Assembly (NCBI GenBank): GCA_037440465.1
Contig: JBBIUB010000001.1
Coordinates: 1 to 64,000, forward strand
Reading direction: 5' to 3'
Source of the DNA: Coprothermobacterota bacterium
GTDB lineage: Bacteria; Coprothermobacterota; HKB111
Length of the DNA stretch: 64,000 nucleotides
Shown here: one piece after another, positions 19,835 to 30,234 of the stretch
Layout: each line of letters begins with the position of its first letter
Position numbering within the stretch: position 1 is the stretch's first letter
Notes under the pieces: model-generated
The model's database searches: none
Told to the model about the DNA's origin: nothing
The model's input: only the letters and a program-made list of their open reading frames with translations
Made by a program: the position numbers and the translations under genes

Positions 19835-20097
19835 CTCACACTTCCTTTGTAAGCTTAATGATTTATTTTTTCATTATACTATATTAATAAAATAATAAAG
19901 CTTCTATTAAAAAGAATAAATTTATTAAATAATAACTTATCACATTTTTCTAATAACCTAATTTGTAATTGACCTTATAAAAAAATTTTTTAAGTCTTAT
20001 TTTAACTTACTTTTTAAGAAGGAAAAAATCATTACAAAGTAATTCATAGGTTATAATAATTAAAATAGTGAAACTATTTAATATAAGGAGTAGTCCA

Positions 20098-21870
20098 ATG
20101 ATATCTATTGATGATATTAGCATCGAAAATTTTCTCCACTTATTTGAAAAGATAATTGAAGAAAAGGAAAAATGTAACATAACTGCTATTCAAAACAATC
20201 CAGATGACCTCCTGGAAAGGGCTAAAAGTTATGGTACTAGTTTTAAAAATAGCAGTTATGGTTGGAGTTCAAACATCTGGCATCGTTCTGCAGCTGGAAG
20301 TGTTGTAGTAGAGAAAGAAGAGGACTTAAAACCCGAACATAAAAAACTGATGCTAAGCGTACTTGAGCATATCCTTGCCAGACCCATGATAGCTGTAGAT
20401 GCTACCCTCGGACCACCCAAAACAATAGCTGCTGTGCATTGCCGCTTATATTGCGATCCCCAGTTTCCTGATATAGCCTACCGATGGAAAAATCTTAACT
20501 TCCCAGCATCGTCCAACGAAAGGCCACAGGTACTTCTTTTTTGTATACCACATTATTTGAACAATCCCAATATTACTGAAACTAACGAAATGCTAAAGGT
20601 ATTACGATTTCCTAATCATGATTATACTTTAGTCACAGTCAGTTCTTACCAAGGTGAATGTAAAAAAGGTTTTCTTACACATTGGATAACTAATATTTAT
20701 AATAAAGGTGGAACTGGCGAACATGCTTCTTTAAAGGAGTTTACAATAAAAAAAATAGATGGGCAGAATAAAAGAGTTGTGATGGCAACATGGGGACTTA
20801 CAGGTAGTGGAAAATCAACCCATGGCCTTTATGTATTTAATATGAATAACATAGATTCCTATGTAAATAATTTTGGTATTAATCCCTCTGAATTTGTTTC
20901 TGAACAGGTTCTTAAAAATGATGACATAATTGCAGTTTTTAAAGATCGTGTATATTGTTCCGAATCAGGTAGCTGGACTAAAACTGAAGATATTGACGAA
21001 AGACAAATTGGAATATACCGTGCTGCAATGAATCCAGAAGCTCTTCATGAAAATACTGAATGGGATAAGAATGGAAATGTTAGTTTTGAAGGTAAAATCC
21101 TGCAGTATCAAGGTAAACCTAACCAGAATGCTCGTACTGTTCTACGAATGGAGGATACTGGTTACTACGACAACATTCCTTACTCAAGTGAACCCCTGAA
21201 TATGGCAATCTTTATTAGTCCTGGTTATAATTCAGATTTCGCTTGGTTAAAAATTAACAACAGTGCCTTTGCTGCCAAAGTATTAGCTGACGGACGGACG
21301 ACTGGCCATCCAGCTCAAAGTTTAAAGGGAGTTGGAGAAGAAAAATACGAAACTCGCTATTGTTTACCTTTTACCATGGGAGTGAGTAATGCAGCTCATG
21401 TCAACAGGTTCTTTAGCTTTCTTAAAGAAAGAGAGAAGACAGATAATCCCATAGAAGTTTATCAAATTAATACAACCGGTAGAGTTGGAACTAAATTTAA
21501 CTGGGTTAATATTCAAATAAATGGTGAAAAATTAGAAATACCAAAAACAGTCTTTGTAGAAAAGAAAGGAAAAATAAAACCAATTGGGGGTACTGGTCCT
21601 TCTATAGAAGAGACTGAACTTTTTCTAATGCAGGCATCCAGGGGAGTTGTGAAATATGAACCACATCCTATTTGGGGGGAAAAAATTTTGGTTCCTGTGG
21701 AAGTACCTGGTTTAACAAAAGAAAGGCTTCAAGAGTTAAACCCATATACTTACCATTCCTATTCCGATATTGAGAAGATGCTAAAAGCACAGATTGTTAT
21801 GAGTAAATATTATCTGTCTCAACAATGTCCAGGGCTTAATCCAGAAATCGAAAAAGTTATGGATTTTTAA
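20098..21870 (+). CDS. Divergent phosphoenolpyruvate carboxykinase (ATP)-like protein
   Basis: YQGECKKG, GEHAS, P-loop GLTGSGKST, KNDD, HENT, NAR, INTTG occur in PckA order; ATG 20098 after AGGAG. Confidence 0.75.
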   Translation: MISIDDISIENFLHLFEKIIEEKEKCNITAIQNNPDDLLERAKSYGTSFKNSSYGWSSNIWHRSAAGSVVVEKEEDLKPEHKKLMLSVLEHILARPMIAVDATLGPPKTIAAVHCRLYCDPQFPDIAYRWKNLNFPASSNERPQVLLFCIPHYLNNPNITETNEMLKVLRFPNHDYTLVTVSSYQGECKKGFLTHWITNIYNKGGTGEHASLKEFTIKKIDGQNKRVVMATWGLTGSGKSTHGLYVFNMNNIDSYVNNFGINPSEFVSEQVLKNDDIIAVFKDRVYCSESGSWTKTEDIDERQIGIYRAAMNPEALHENTEWDKNGNVSFEGKILQYQGKPNQNARTVLRMEDTGYYDNIPYSSEPLNMAIFISPGYNSDFAWLKINNSAFAAKVLADGRTTGHPAQSLKGVGEEKYETRYCLPFTMGVSNAAHVNRFFSFLKEREKTDNPIEVYQINTTGRVGTKFNWVNIQINGEKLEIPKTVFVEKKGKIKPIGGTGPSIEETELFLMQASRGVVKYEPHPIWGEKILVPVEVPGLTKERLQELNPYTYHSYSDIEKMLKAQIVMSKYYLSQQCPGLNPEIEKVMDF

Positions 21871-21983
21871 GTTTTTAACTTCTAATAAAACATATTTAAT
21901 TTATTTAAACCGATAATTTATTTTCCAAATAGTAATAATCCTTAACATTTGAAAATTATAACACCTATAGTAACATCAACTAA

Positions 21984-22012
21984 TTGACAAATAGTTTTTT
22001 AACATTTATAAT
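21984..22012 (+). promoter_or_regulatory. Consensus sigma70/sigmaA promoter of the SLH-SBP operon
   Basis: TTGACA (21984-21989), 17-nt spacer, TATAAT (22007-22012). Confidence 0.85.
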
Positions 22013-22049
22013 TAAAAAAATAACAAATAAATTTAAGGAGGAAAGGTTT

Positions 22050-24158
22050 ATGAAGAAATTGTTAGCACTCATTATTGTAGGCATGTTAGTTATTCCCTTG
22101 CTGGGAATAAACGTCACAGCTTCAACACTTCCTAAAGGGTTCTTTAAGGACACAGTTGGACACCGTTATGAATTAGAAATCAGAAAATTTGCAGAACAGG
22201 ATATCCTCAAGGGCTTTCCTGATGGAACTTTTAAGCCTGATGCTGAGGTAACCAGGGCTGAAACAGCAACTATACTTGCTCTGGCAAAAAAACTTACACC
22301 AACAAAACCAGCTGTAAGCCCCTTCAAAGATGTACCCACCACCCACTGGGCTTATGGAAACATTGTAGCTGTTAGGAATGCAGGTATAATAAAAGGTTAT
22401 CCTGATGGCACTTTTAGACCTGGGGCTAACGTATCTCGAGCTGAATTAGCTGCCTTATTAGGTCAAATAAAAGGACTTGAGAAAGAAGCAGCTAAGATTA
22501 CCACGCCTCCTATAGAAGCACCAGATATCAACAAAGTTCCTAAATGGGCATTAGGTTGGGTTTCTCTTGGTTATCTTGCAGAACACAATTATCTTACCGA
22601 GAGACATCCAGGTGGAACAATATCTGCTGGGGCATCTGCCCACAGGGGAGAAGTTGCTTATGGTGCTTATGTTGCTATAAATCCACCACGCTTTGGGGGA
22701 ACTTTAAAAGCATCTGTTATTGGTAACCCATCTGCTTTAGACGCTATGGTTACTACTGCGACCATAAACCTGTATATGGGCTGGCACATGTATGAGACCC
22801 TCTTCACATATGACAGGTTGATGGCTCCTACTCCTATGCTCGTAGACACTTATACACTTAGTGCAGACGGACTAACCTATACTTTCAACTTGAGGAAGGG
22901 TGTTAAATTCCACAATGGAAAAGAAATGACCGCCGATGATGTACAAGCTTCTATTGCTAGATGGGGTAGAATGACTACCTTAGGAAGAGATCTGTTTAGG
23001 TTTGTAAGATCATGGACAGCTAAAGATAAATACACTGCAGTTATGGTATTAACTTCTCCTGTTGCTATTACCCCGCTTTATCTTTGTGGTGCTCAATCAG
23101 TAATTTACCCCAAGGAAATCATTGATGTAGTTGGAGATAAAGCTCTTAGAATGGTGCCTGAAGAATTAGTGGGTACTGGACCTTATAAATTTATAGAATT
23201 TATTCCAGATCGTCATGTTAAAATGGTACGCTTTGAAGAGTATACTGTCAGAAAGAATATTCCTAATGGTCAGGGTGGAAGAAAAACCGCATATGCTGAT
23301 ACGATACTATTCATGCCCGTTCCAGATAGTGGAGTCAGGGTTATGGGAGCTATAACAGGTCTATACCATATGGCTGAATGGACCTTGCCAGATGAATACG
23401 AGCGTCTAAAATACCATACCAAGCTAAGGGCAGCTGTTATAAAACCATCAGGCTGGACAACTGCTGTATTCAATAAGAGGGAAGGTATCTTCACTTCTCT
23501 AAAAATGCGACAGGCATTTCTCGCTGCTCTGGATATGGAACCTATTATGAAGGCAGCCTATGGGCACCCTGACTTCTGGCGTCTTGACTCCAGTATAGCT
23601 TTTAAAGAACAGGCGTACTATACAACTGCTGGAAGTCACTTGTACAACCAGAAAAATATAGAAAAAGCGAAAAAACTTCTTGCAGAAGCTGGATATAAAG
23701 GCGAACCAATTAGATGGATAACAACAACTGAATACCCCGCCTACTATACAACTGCTGTAGTCTCAAAAGATCAACTTGAGAAAGCAGGCTTTAACATCAC
23801 GCTACAAGTGGTTGACTGGGCTACCCTGGTAAGAATAAGAGCAGACTCTAAACTATGGGATATATTCAGTACAGCTTTTGGTATAACCTTTGACCCGGTA
23901 CTTTATCTGTGTCTCAGTCCTGCTTGGTTTGGATGGTATGAAAGTCCCAAAATGGTAGCATATCTGGATGAGATGAGAAGAGAGTCAGACTTTAATAAAC
24001 GATATGCTACCTGGGAAAAAGCTATGGAGCTATTCTACGAAGAAGTCCCGGTTATTAAGTACGGAGATTATTTCTTACTTCATGTCCATCGGAAAGAGGT
24101 TCAAGGTTATCAAGCCATGTTTAATATTTTCTGGTGGAATGTCTGGATTGAGAAATAA
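22050..24158 (+). CDS. SLH-domain ABC transporter substrate-binding protein, family 5 (peptide/nickel)
   Basis: Signal peptide without lipobox Cys; SLH repeats (GFPDGTFKPDAEVTRAE, GYPDGTFRPGANVSRAE); SBP5 motifs LRKGVKFHNG and GTGPYKF; ATG 22050 after AAGGAGG. Confidence 0.92.
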   Translation: MKKLLALIIVGMLVIPLLGINVTASTLPKGFFKDTVGHRYELEIRKFAEQDILKGFPDGTFKPDAEVTRAETATILALAKKLTPTKPAVSPFKDVPTTHWAYGNIVAVRNAGIIKGYPDGTFRPGANVSRAELAALLGQIKGLEKEAAKITTPPIEAPDINKVPKWALGWVSLGYLAEHNYLTERHPGGTISAGASAHRGEVAYGAYVAINPPRFGGTLKASVIGNPSALDAMVTTATINLYMGWHMYETLFTYDRLMAPTPMLVDTYTLSADGLTYTFNLRKGVKFHNGKEMTADDVQASIARWGRMTTLGRDLFRFVRSWTAKDKYTAVMVLTSPVAITPLYLCGAQSVIYPKEIIDVVGDKALRMVPEELVGTGPYKFIEFIPDRHVKMVRFEEYTVRKNIPNGQGGRKTAYADTILFMPVPDSGVRVMGAITGLYHMAEWTLPDEYERLKYHTKLRAAVIKPSGWTTAVFNKREGIFTSLKMRQAFLAALDMEPIMKAAYGHPDFWRLDSSIAFKEQAYYTTAGSHLYNQKNIEKAKKLLAEAGYKGEPIRWITTTEYPAYYTTAVVSKDQLEKAGFNITLQVVDWATLVRIRADSKLWDIFSTAFGITFDPVLYLCLSPAWFGWYESPKMVAYLDEMRRESDFNKRYATWEKAMELFYEEVPVIKYGDYFLLHVHRKEVQGYQAMFNIFWWNVWIEK

Positions 24159-24181
24159 AACTAAAAACTAATATTAACCAC

Positions 24182-24219
24182 GCCGGGGTTAACCCCATGT
24201 TAACCCCGGCTATTTTTAT
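24182..24219 (+). terminator. Stem-loop after the SBP gene (intrinsic terminator or mRNA stabiliser)
   Basis: Perfect 12-bp stem gccggggttaac/gttaaccccggc, 5-nt loop, followed by tatttttat. Confidence 0.8.
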
Positions 24220-24233
24220 AACAGGAGAAAATA

Positions 24234-25178
24234 ATGAGGGAATATATACTTAAAAGAATAGCTGCTTTGATACCTGTCTTGCTAATTGTAGGTTTAATAG
24301 GTTTTACCCTCCTCAGTTTAATACCAGGTGACCCTGCGGCAGTTATGCTTGGACCCGAAGCTTCAATGGAGGATATAATTGCTTTACGGAGTGAAATGGG
24401 CTTAGACCTCCCAGCGCCAGTCAGGCTTTTTCGCTGGTATGTAAGATTATTTCAAGGAGACCTTGGATACTCTATTTTTCTTTATAGACCCGTCTTGCAG
24501 GCTATTATAGAGAGACTTGAACCAACCATGCTTTTAACTTTCATGGCTTTAATAATTGCTGGAGTACTTGGAATTACAATGGGTATAACTGCTGCAATAA
24601 AACGAGGGACTTTTATCGATCAGATGGTTATGAGTCTTTCTTTATTAGGACTCTCTATTCCAAGTTTTTGGTTGGCATTAATCCTTATCGTTTTTTTTGC
24701 ACTCACATTAGGATTGTTTCCTGTAGCAGGTTACTCCCCTATAGAAGATGGTTGGTGGAAAACCTTGCACCATTTAACCCTGCCAGCATTTACTCTTGGC
24801 TTTATCCAGTCAGCTTTTATTGCAAGAATGACACGTTCAAGTATGCTTGAGGTATTAAACCAGGACTATATTCGTACAGCCAAGGCAAAGGGATTAGGTT
24901 TTTATAAAGTTATCGTTGTTCACGCTCTGAGAAACGCATTCATTCCTATCGTGACAGTTATGGGCTTATCTCTGGGAGGCTTGATGGCAGGGGCAATTGT
25001 TGTAGAAACAGTTTTTGCTTTACCAGGCATAGGACAACTTGTATTAGCTTCAATATCACGAAGGGACTATCCGATGGTACAGGGGATTCTTCTTTTTATT
25101 GCTTCAGTGTATGTTTTGGTTAACTTTCTGGTTGACGTCCTATATGTTATTCTTGACCCCAGAATTAAATATGTATAA
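24234..25178 (+). CDS. dppB: Peptide ABC transporter permease (DppB/OppB)
   Basis: PGDPA, GDLGYS, DYIRTAKAKGL, RDYPMVQG, DPRI. Confidence 0.92.
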   Translation: MREYILKRIAALIPVLLIVGLIGFTLLSLIPGDPAAVMLGPEASMEDIIALRSEMGLDLPAPVRLFRWYVRLFQGDLGYSIFLYRPVLQAIIERLEPTMLLTFMALIIAGVLGITMGITAAIKRGTFIDQMVMSLSLLGLSIPSFWLALILIVFFALTLGLFPVAGYSPIEDGWWKTLHHLTLPAFTLGFIQSAFIARMTRSSMLEVLNQDYIRTAKAKGLGFYKVIVVHALRNAFIPIVTVMGLSLGGLMAGAIVVETVFALPGIGQLVLASISRRDYPMVQGILLFIASVYVLVNFLVDVLYVILDPRIKYV

Positions 25179-25190
25179 AGGTGATAAGTC

Positions 25191-26060
25191 GTGATAACAA
25201 ATAATCAAATTGATAGTGGTAAGGTAGTAAGAAAAAGAATCTTTAGCAGAATGTTAAGAAATCGCTCTATGACTATTGGGTTTAGCTTAGTCATGCTAAT
25301 GGTTGTAATAGCAATTATTGCTCCTATTGTATCTCCATTTGGACCAATGGATATAGATCCAAATTTACGCCTGAAACCTCCAAATAAAACACATATATTC
25401 GGAACTGATAACATTGGGCAGGATGTTTTCAGCAGAGCACTATGGGGTTCAAGAATATCTCTACTTACAGGTTTTCTTATTGTGCTAACAGCTGGAAGTT
25501 TAGGAATTGTCCTGGGATTAATTGCAGGGTATTCCAGAAGTTTTGATGCTATTACCATGAGAATACTTGATGGACTCATGGCTTTCCCAACAACCCTTCT
25601 CGCTATAGCTCTGATGGCTGTATTAGGTGCAAGATTATCTAATGTTATCATCGCCCTGGCAATTGTTTATACCCCTTCAGTAACAAGGGTAGTTCGTAGT
25701 GTTGTTTTAGTCATTAAGGAAACTGAGTATATTGAAGCTGCTCGTTCTATAGGTAACTCTAATCTACGTATTATATTGAAGCACATACTACCTAACTGCA
25801 TGGCTCCCATAATAGTTCAGGGAAGTTTTATTTTCGCTCAATCCATTCTGGCTGAAGCTGCTCTGAGTTTTCTGGGCGTAGGTGTACCACCCTGGATACC
25901 TAGCTGGGGTAGCATTATGACTGGCGGAAGATTATTTATCAATGTTGCTCCCTGGATAATTTTCTTTCCAGGATTGTTTGTTCTGGTGACTGTTCTCGGG
26001 CTGAATCTTTTTGGAGATGGGTTACGAGATGTGCTTGACCCAAGACTTAGAGGTCTTTAG
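25191..26060 (+). CDS. dppC: Peptide ABC transporter permease (DppC/OppC)
   Basis: FGTDNIGQDVFSR, YIEAARSIG EAA motif, LSFLGVG, GDGLRDVLDPR. Confidence 0.92.
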   Translation: MITNNQIDSGKVVRKRIFSRMLRNRSMTIGFSLVMLMVVIAIIAPIVSPFGPMDIDPNLRLKPPNKTHIFGTDNIGQDVFSRALWGSRISLLTGFLIVLTAGSLGIVLGLIAGYSRSFDAITMRILDGLMAFPTTLLAIALMAVLGARLSNVIIALAIVYTPSVTRVVRSVVLVIKETEYIEAARSIGNSNLRIILKHILPNCMAPIIVQGSFIFAQSILAEAALSFLGVGVPPWIPSWGSIMTGGRLFINVAPWIIFFPGLFVLVTVLGLNLFGDGLRDVLDPRLRGL

Positions 26061-27135
26061 TCGAAATTACCTTAAGGAGAAAATCACGATTTAGCTCGGC
26101 CCTTTCCATCAGGGGAGGGAGAGCACTGGAAAGTTTATCTTTAACCGAAGAACTCTCCTCCATTATTCTGGAGATTTCATATATTAGATCAGCAGGGTTA
26201 ACCTTATCCATCGGTAGGATTATCCCCGTTCCTATTTCTTCAACAAGGTTAACCAGCTTAGGGTCATATGCCAATCCGATAAAAGGTACTCCAGTTACGA
26301 CAGCAGATATTAAAGGGTGAAGTCTTGATGCCATTACTAATTTTGCCCTCCCTATAATACCCAACATTACCCTTGGAGAACAATCATTCTCCAAATAATA
26401 AGCTCTCTCTTTTAATCTTTCCTTAATCAAGTTTAAGGCTTTTCGATCAAGACGAGGGTAAAAAGGTGCCACCAGAATCTCAAGACCAAACTCTTCTTTC
26501 AAGTAAAGAACACTCTGAATAAGCGCTTCAATAGAAACTGGTTTATCAACTGCCTTGGACGGAGATAGAAAAATGTAAGGCTTGCTTCTTATTCCCGTTG
26601 AATCTAATATTTCATCTCCCGCATCGTAATCAGGTTTCAAAAGAAAAGCCAGATCAGCAGTTAGTTGTAAATAGTCTTTAAATCCAAGGCTTCTTATCAA
26701 TTCTAAAGATACTTTATCACGAACACTCACAGCTTTTACTTTCTTAAGGACTTGCGACAGAAGTTTGAGACTTAAAGGTGAAATAAAAGGCCCTATTCCC
26801 TGAGCTAAAAGAATTGTAGGAACATTAAAAATCTGAGCTAAAAAAATTAGAGCAAGATAATAATAAAGACTCCTTCTGCTGGTCACATCCTGTAGTAAAC
26901 CTCCTCCTCCACTTATGAAAAGGTCGGCTTTCCTTATCTCTGAGGCAATTACTGAAAAGTCATTGCGAGATATGGCTCTAATTTTAAACCTGGAAAAGGT
27001 ATTAATAGCCCGAGCAGATAGAACAACAATTTCTACTTCTGGGGAAATATCCCTCATAAGATTCACCAGAACCTCAAGAATAGCTTCATCCCCGACATTA
27101 CCAAATCCATAATATCCTGATACTACAATTCTCAA
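26047..27135 (-). CDS. csaB: Polysaccharide pyruvyl transferase CsaB
   Basis: SGYYGFGNVGDEAIL, SGGGGLLQDVTS, AQGIGP, SVRD, RLH, YDPK. Confidence 0.93.
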   Translation of the reverse strand: MRIVVSGYYGFGNVGDEAILEVLVNLMRDISPEVEIVVLSARAINTFSRFKIRAISRNDFSVIASEIRKADLFISGGGGLLQDVTSRRSLYYYLALIFLAQIFNVPTILLAQGIGPFISPLSLKLLSQVLKKVKAVSVRDKVSLELIRSLGFKDYLQLTADLAFLLKPDYDAGDEILDSTGIRSKPYIFLSPSKAVDKPVSIEALIQSVLYLKEEFGLEILVAPFYPRLDRKALNLIKERLKERAYYLENDCSPRVMLGIIGRAKLVMASRLHPLISAVVTGVPFIGLAYDPKLVNLVEEIGTGIILPMDKVNPADLIYEISRIMEESSSVKDKLSSALPPLMERAELNRDFLLKVISTKDL

Positions 27136-27839
27136 GGCAATCCTCGTTTTATAAATACTGTAATCAACCTAATAATGGTTAATAATAAACGTCGTAATCT
27201 TCGGGGTTCTTTAGTTGTTCGGTACAACCACTCCAATCCAAGACTTGTGAAAAAAAAGGGTGCTCTATGAGATTCACCACTCCAGACATCTATGGACCCC
27301 CCTACACCGATAGTGGGTAAATTCAGCTCTTTCTTATTTGTATATATCCATATCTCTTGCTTGGGGGTACCCATCCCTACTATTAATAATGAAGAATCAT
27401 TATCTTTAATATCTTTAATAATATTTTCATCGTTTTCAAAATAACCATCATGAAACCCTACTATATTAACACCATATTCTTGGCTTAGACTAAGATATGC
27501 TTTTTCTACAATAGAAGGTTTTGAACCAAGTAAATAAACTTTGGTATCAGGATAATGACTTAATATCTCTTCAGTCAGCTCTATTCCAGGAATAGCTTTC
27601 ATTCGAATGCCTTTGAACAACCTAACCAGAAAAGCCACCCATCTGCCATCTGAAACTACCAGAGAAGCTTCTTTAATAACTTTAGCTAAATTATCATCAA
27701 TCAGGGCTAAACTCAATATCTCAAGGTTAAGTGTGACAACCTGGTAGAAGATTCCATCTTTTGTAGCAAGATGAATATTTTCAGCTGCCTTTTCAAGAGT
27801 TATGTTGTCTACCGGGATATCCCATAGGAAACATCTCAT
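27132..27839 (-). CDS. tagA: WecG/TagA/CpsF family glycosyltransferase
   Basis: VTLNLE, GFHDGYF, VGMGTPKQE, GVGGSIDV, GLEWLYR. Confidence 0.9.
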   Translation of the reverse strand: MRCFLWDIPVDNITLEKAAENIHLATKDGIFYQVVTLNLEILSLALIDDNLAKVIKEASLVVSDGRWVAFLVRLFKGIRMKAIPGIELTEEILSHYPDTKVYLLGSKPSIVEKAYLSLSQEYGVNIVGFHDGYFENDENIIKDIKDNDSSLLIVGMGTPKQEIWIYTNKKELNLPTIGVGGSIDVWSGESHRAPFFFTSLGLEWLYRTTKEPRRLRRLLLTIIRLITVFIKRGLP

Positions 27840-29122
27840 AGTGAAAAGACAGTAAACCCTTCTTTTATAAGCTCATCTGCTATAAAAAGCCCTTTAAGGT
27901 CAACGACTAATACGCTATCACCAACTATATGCTTGAGATAAGATGGTTTTAAAGTTAAATACTCCTGCTGAATGCCTGCTATAACTATTGCTTTAGCGTT
28001 ATTTAGACACTCTATCAGGTTTTCTGCTTCTTTACCAACTCCTGTCTTCACGAGAGGATCGTATGAATAAACATTAAAACCCGCTTTTATGAGAAGTTTT
28101 TTTAGTTTATATGCTGGACTAAGCCTAAAACTTGATGAAAAATCTTTCATAGCTTGACCAAGTAAGGCTATTTTTATTTGATCATAAGGAAGATTACTAA
28201 AGTATCCTTTTAAGATTGACACGATTTTCTCAGGAATTTGAGAGTTTAACTTCCTAGCTTTTGAGGAAAGTGAAAGTTTTCGTTCTTTAGAAGAAATGTG
28301 AGCAAGATAGTAATAGGCATAAGGTATGCAATGTCCACCCACTCCTGGGCCTGGATTAAGGATATTAACCCTCTTATGAGTATTAGCGAGTCTGATCGCT
28401 TCCCTACCCTTTATACCCTTAGAAGTAAGAAAATAAGCTACTTCATTAGCAAAAGCAATATTAACATCCCTTTGAAGATTTTCGAGCACTTTTGATGCTT
28501 CAACTTCCTTTAAAGAACTTACATGAAAAACACCCTTTGAAATGATCAATAAACACTGTTTTGCCCTTTCTATGCTTCCCTGGTTTATACCACCAAGAAC
28601 AACATCCATATCTCTAAGCTCTTCAAAAGCTTTACCTTCCTGCATTCTCTCAGAAGCATATGCCAGGAAAAAATCATCTCCGCCTTTTAACCCACTTCTT
28701 TTCTCAAGGATAGGAAGAGCTATTTCTTCAGTAAAACCTGGATACACTGTACTTCTAATTAGAACCAGATCACCTTTTTTAAGGTTCTTACTTATTCCTT
28801 CAAGGCAACGCAATATAGCTGAAGAATCCAGTTTTTCTCCTTTTACCCCAATGCCTACTGTTACGATGATATCCTTTGGTCCTTCTAATTCTGCAGGTAA
28901 AAAAGTATTAAGCTTTAATTTTCCACTTTCATTAGCCCATGATAGAATTTCTTTTATAGTACGACCTCTATCTTCTTCTTGAAAATTAACATTATTGCTC
29001 TTAAGGTTTTTTATGTGTTTTTCATTTATATCAATTCCAATAACAGAAAAATCATTTAGAACATATGTAAGAGCCAGGGGTAAGCCGACTGCACCTAAAC
29101 CAAAGACTATTATTTTATTCAT
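27836..29122 (-). CDS. UDP-sugar 6-dehydrogenase (WecC-like)
   Basis: GLGAVGLP, RSTVYPG, KVLENLQRDVNIAFANE, GVGGHC; start moved to ATG 29122 (ATGA overlap with upstream gene). Confidence 0.88.
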   Translation of the reverse strand: MNKIIVFGLGAVGLPLALTYVLNDFSVIGIDINEKHIKNLKSNNVNFQEEDRGRTIKEILSWANESGKLKLNTFLPAELEGPKDIIVTVGIGVKGEKLDSSAILRCLEGISKNLKKGDLVLIRSTVYPGFTEEIALPILEKRSGLKGGDDFFLAYASERMQEGKAFEELRDMDVVLGGINQGSIERAKQCLLIISKGVFHVSSLKEVEASKVLENLQRDVNIAFANEVAYFLTSKGIKGREAIRLANTHKRVNILNPGPGVGGHCIPYAYYYLAHISSKERKLSLSSKARKLNSQIPEKIVSILKGYFSNLPYDQIKIALLGQAMKDFSSSFRLSPAYKLKKLLIKAGFNVYSYDPLVKTGVGKEAENLIECLNNAKAIVIAGIQQEYLTLKPSYLKHIVGDSVLVVDLKGLFIADELIKEGFTVFSL

Positions 29123-30231
29123 GGAATTACTACTCCTTCCATTAGTTTTTGGTAAAGCCACTCTGTACGTTCCAGCATATGTTTTAAATTAAACCTGAGT
29201 AATACTTGCTTTCTGCCATTATTTCCCAGATTTTTTCTTAATTCTTCATCTTTAAGAAGAGTCACTACCTCCTTAGCAAGACATACTGTGTCTTTACGGG
29301 AGAAAAGAACTCCAGTTTTACCATGGGCGATAACTTCTTCTATTCCACCCACCTTTGAGGCTACCACTGGGACTCCGAGTCCCATGGTTTCAACAATAGC
29401 TAAACCCATTCCTTCCATAAGAGAGGGAAAAACCCCTACAGTAAAACAGGATATCTCACTATAGACATCTTTTACCCGACCAGTAAAAACTACGTATCTG
29501 TCAACGCCAAGTTCTTTAGCTTTCTGGTAAAGCCTGTCTTTAAGAGGCCCATCACCAATAAAACGAACTTCAACCTTTCCAAATTCTCTTAATATATAAG
29601 GGAGAGCCTCAAGAAGATAAATCTGCCCTTTTACCGTTACTAACCTTCCAACAGTACCTATAATTGGAGGATTACATGGAGTTAATAGATAGTTATTTAG
29701 AAGAGTTTCGTCAATACCATTATATACAACTTCAATATTAGAAAGCTTTAATCCTCTTCTTAAAAGATGTAAAAGAACAGCCCTGGAAACAGCTACATAA
29801 ACATCTGTCATAGAACGGGTAATTGTATCAGCTATAGTAGCTGCTACTCCCCAAAGAGAGTTTGCGTAATCATATAAAGGTATACTATGAACTGTGGTTA
29901 CTATCTTAGGAATTTCTCCCTTTCTCCGAGAAGCCCATCGTCCATAAAAATTTGCACGAACACCATGAGTATGCAGTATATGTAAATCTTCTTTTGCTAA
30001 TACTGAAGGAAGGGTATTTAAAAAACTATAACCTAAAAAAGCTTTATATGGTAAAATTAGCGTAGGAATTCCAAGAGCTTCTGCTTCCTCCACGAGTGGT
30101 CCCTCTCCAAGGGCAATTATCATTGGTGAAAATAATTCCCGATTAATATGAGAAAGAAGGGTCAACAAATGTTGTTTTGCACCACCTGTATCACCTCCAC
30201 CGATTAAATGAGCTACCTTGATTTTACTCAA
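29119..30231 (-). CDS. Glycosyltransferase family 4
   Basis: GGGDTGGA, HTHG, VYNGID, PSLMEGMGLAIVE. Confidence 0.9.
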   Translation of the reverse strand: MSKIKVAHLIGGGDTGGAKQHLLTLLSHINRELFSPMIIALGEGPLVEEAEALGIPTLILPYKAFLGYSFLNTLPSVLAKEDLHILHTHGVRANFYGRWASRRKGEIPKIVTTVHSIPLYDYANSLWGVAATIADTITRSMTDVYVAVSRAVLLHLLRRGLKLSNIEVVYNGIDETLLNNYLLTPCNPPIIGTVGRLVTVKGQIYLLEALPYILREFGKVEVRFIGDGPLKDRLYQKAKELGVDRYVVFTGRVKDVYSEISCFTVGVFPSLMEGMGLAIVETMGLGVPVVASKVGGIEEVIAHGKTGVLFSRKDTVCLAKEVVTLLKDEELRKNLGNNGRKQVLLRFNLKHMLERTEWLYQKLMEGVVIP

Positions 30232-30234
30232 GAT

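Noticed and set aside
19835..20097. T-box leader for tyrS
   Set aside because: Region is very AT-rich; no AAGGTGGnACC-type T-box or terminator visible on the minus strand
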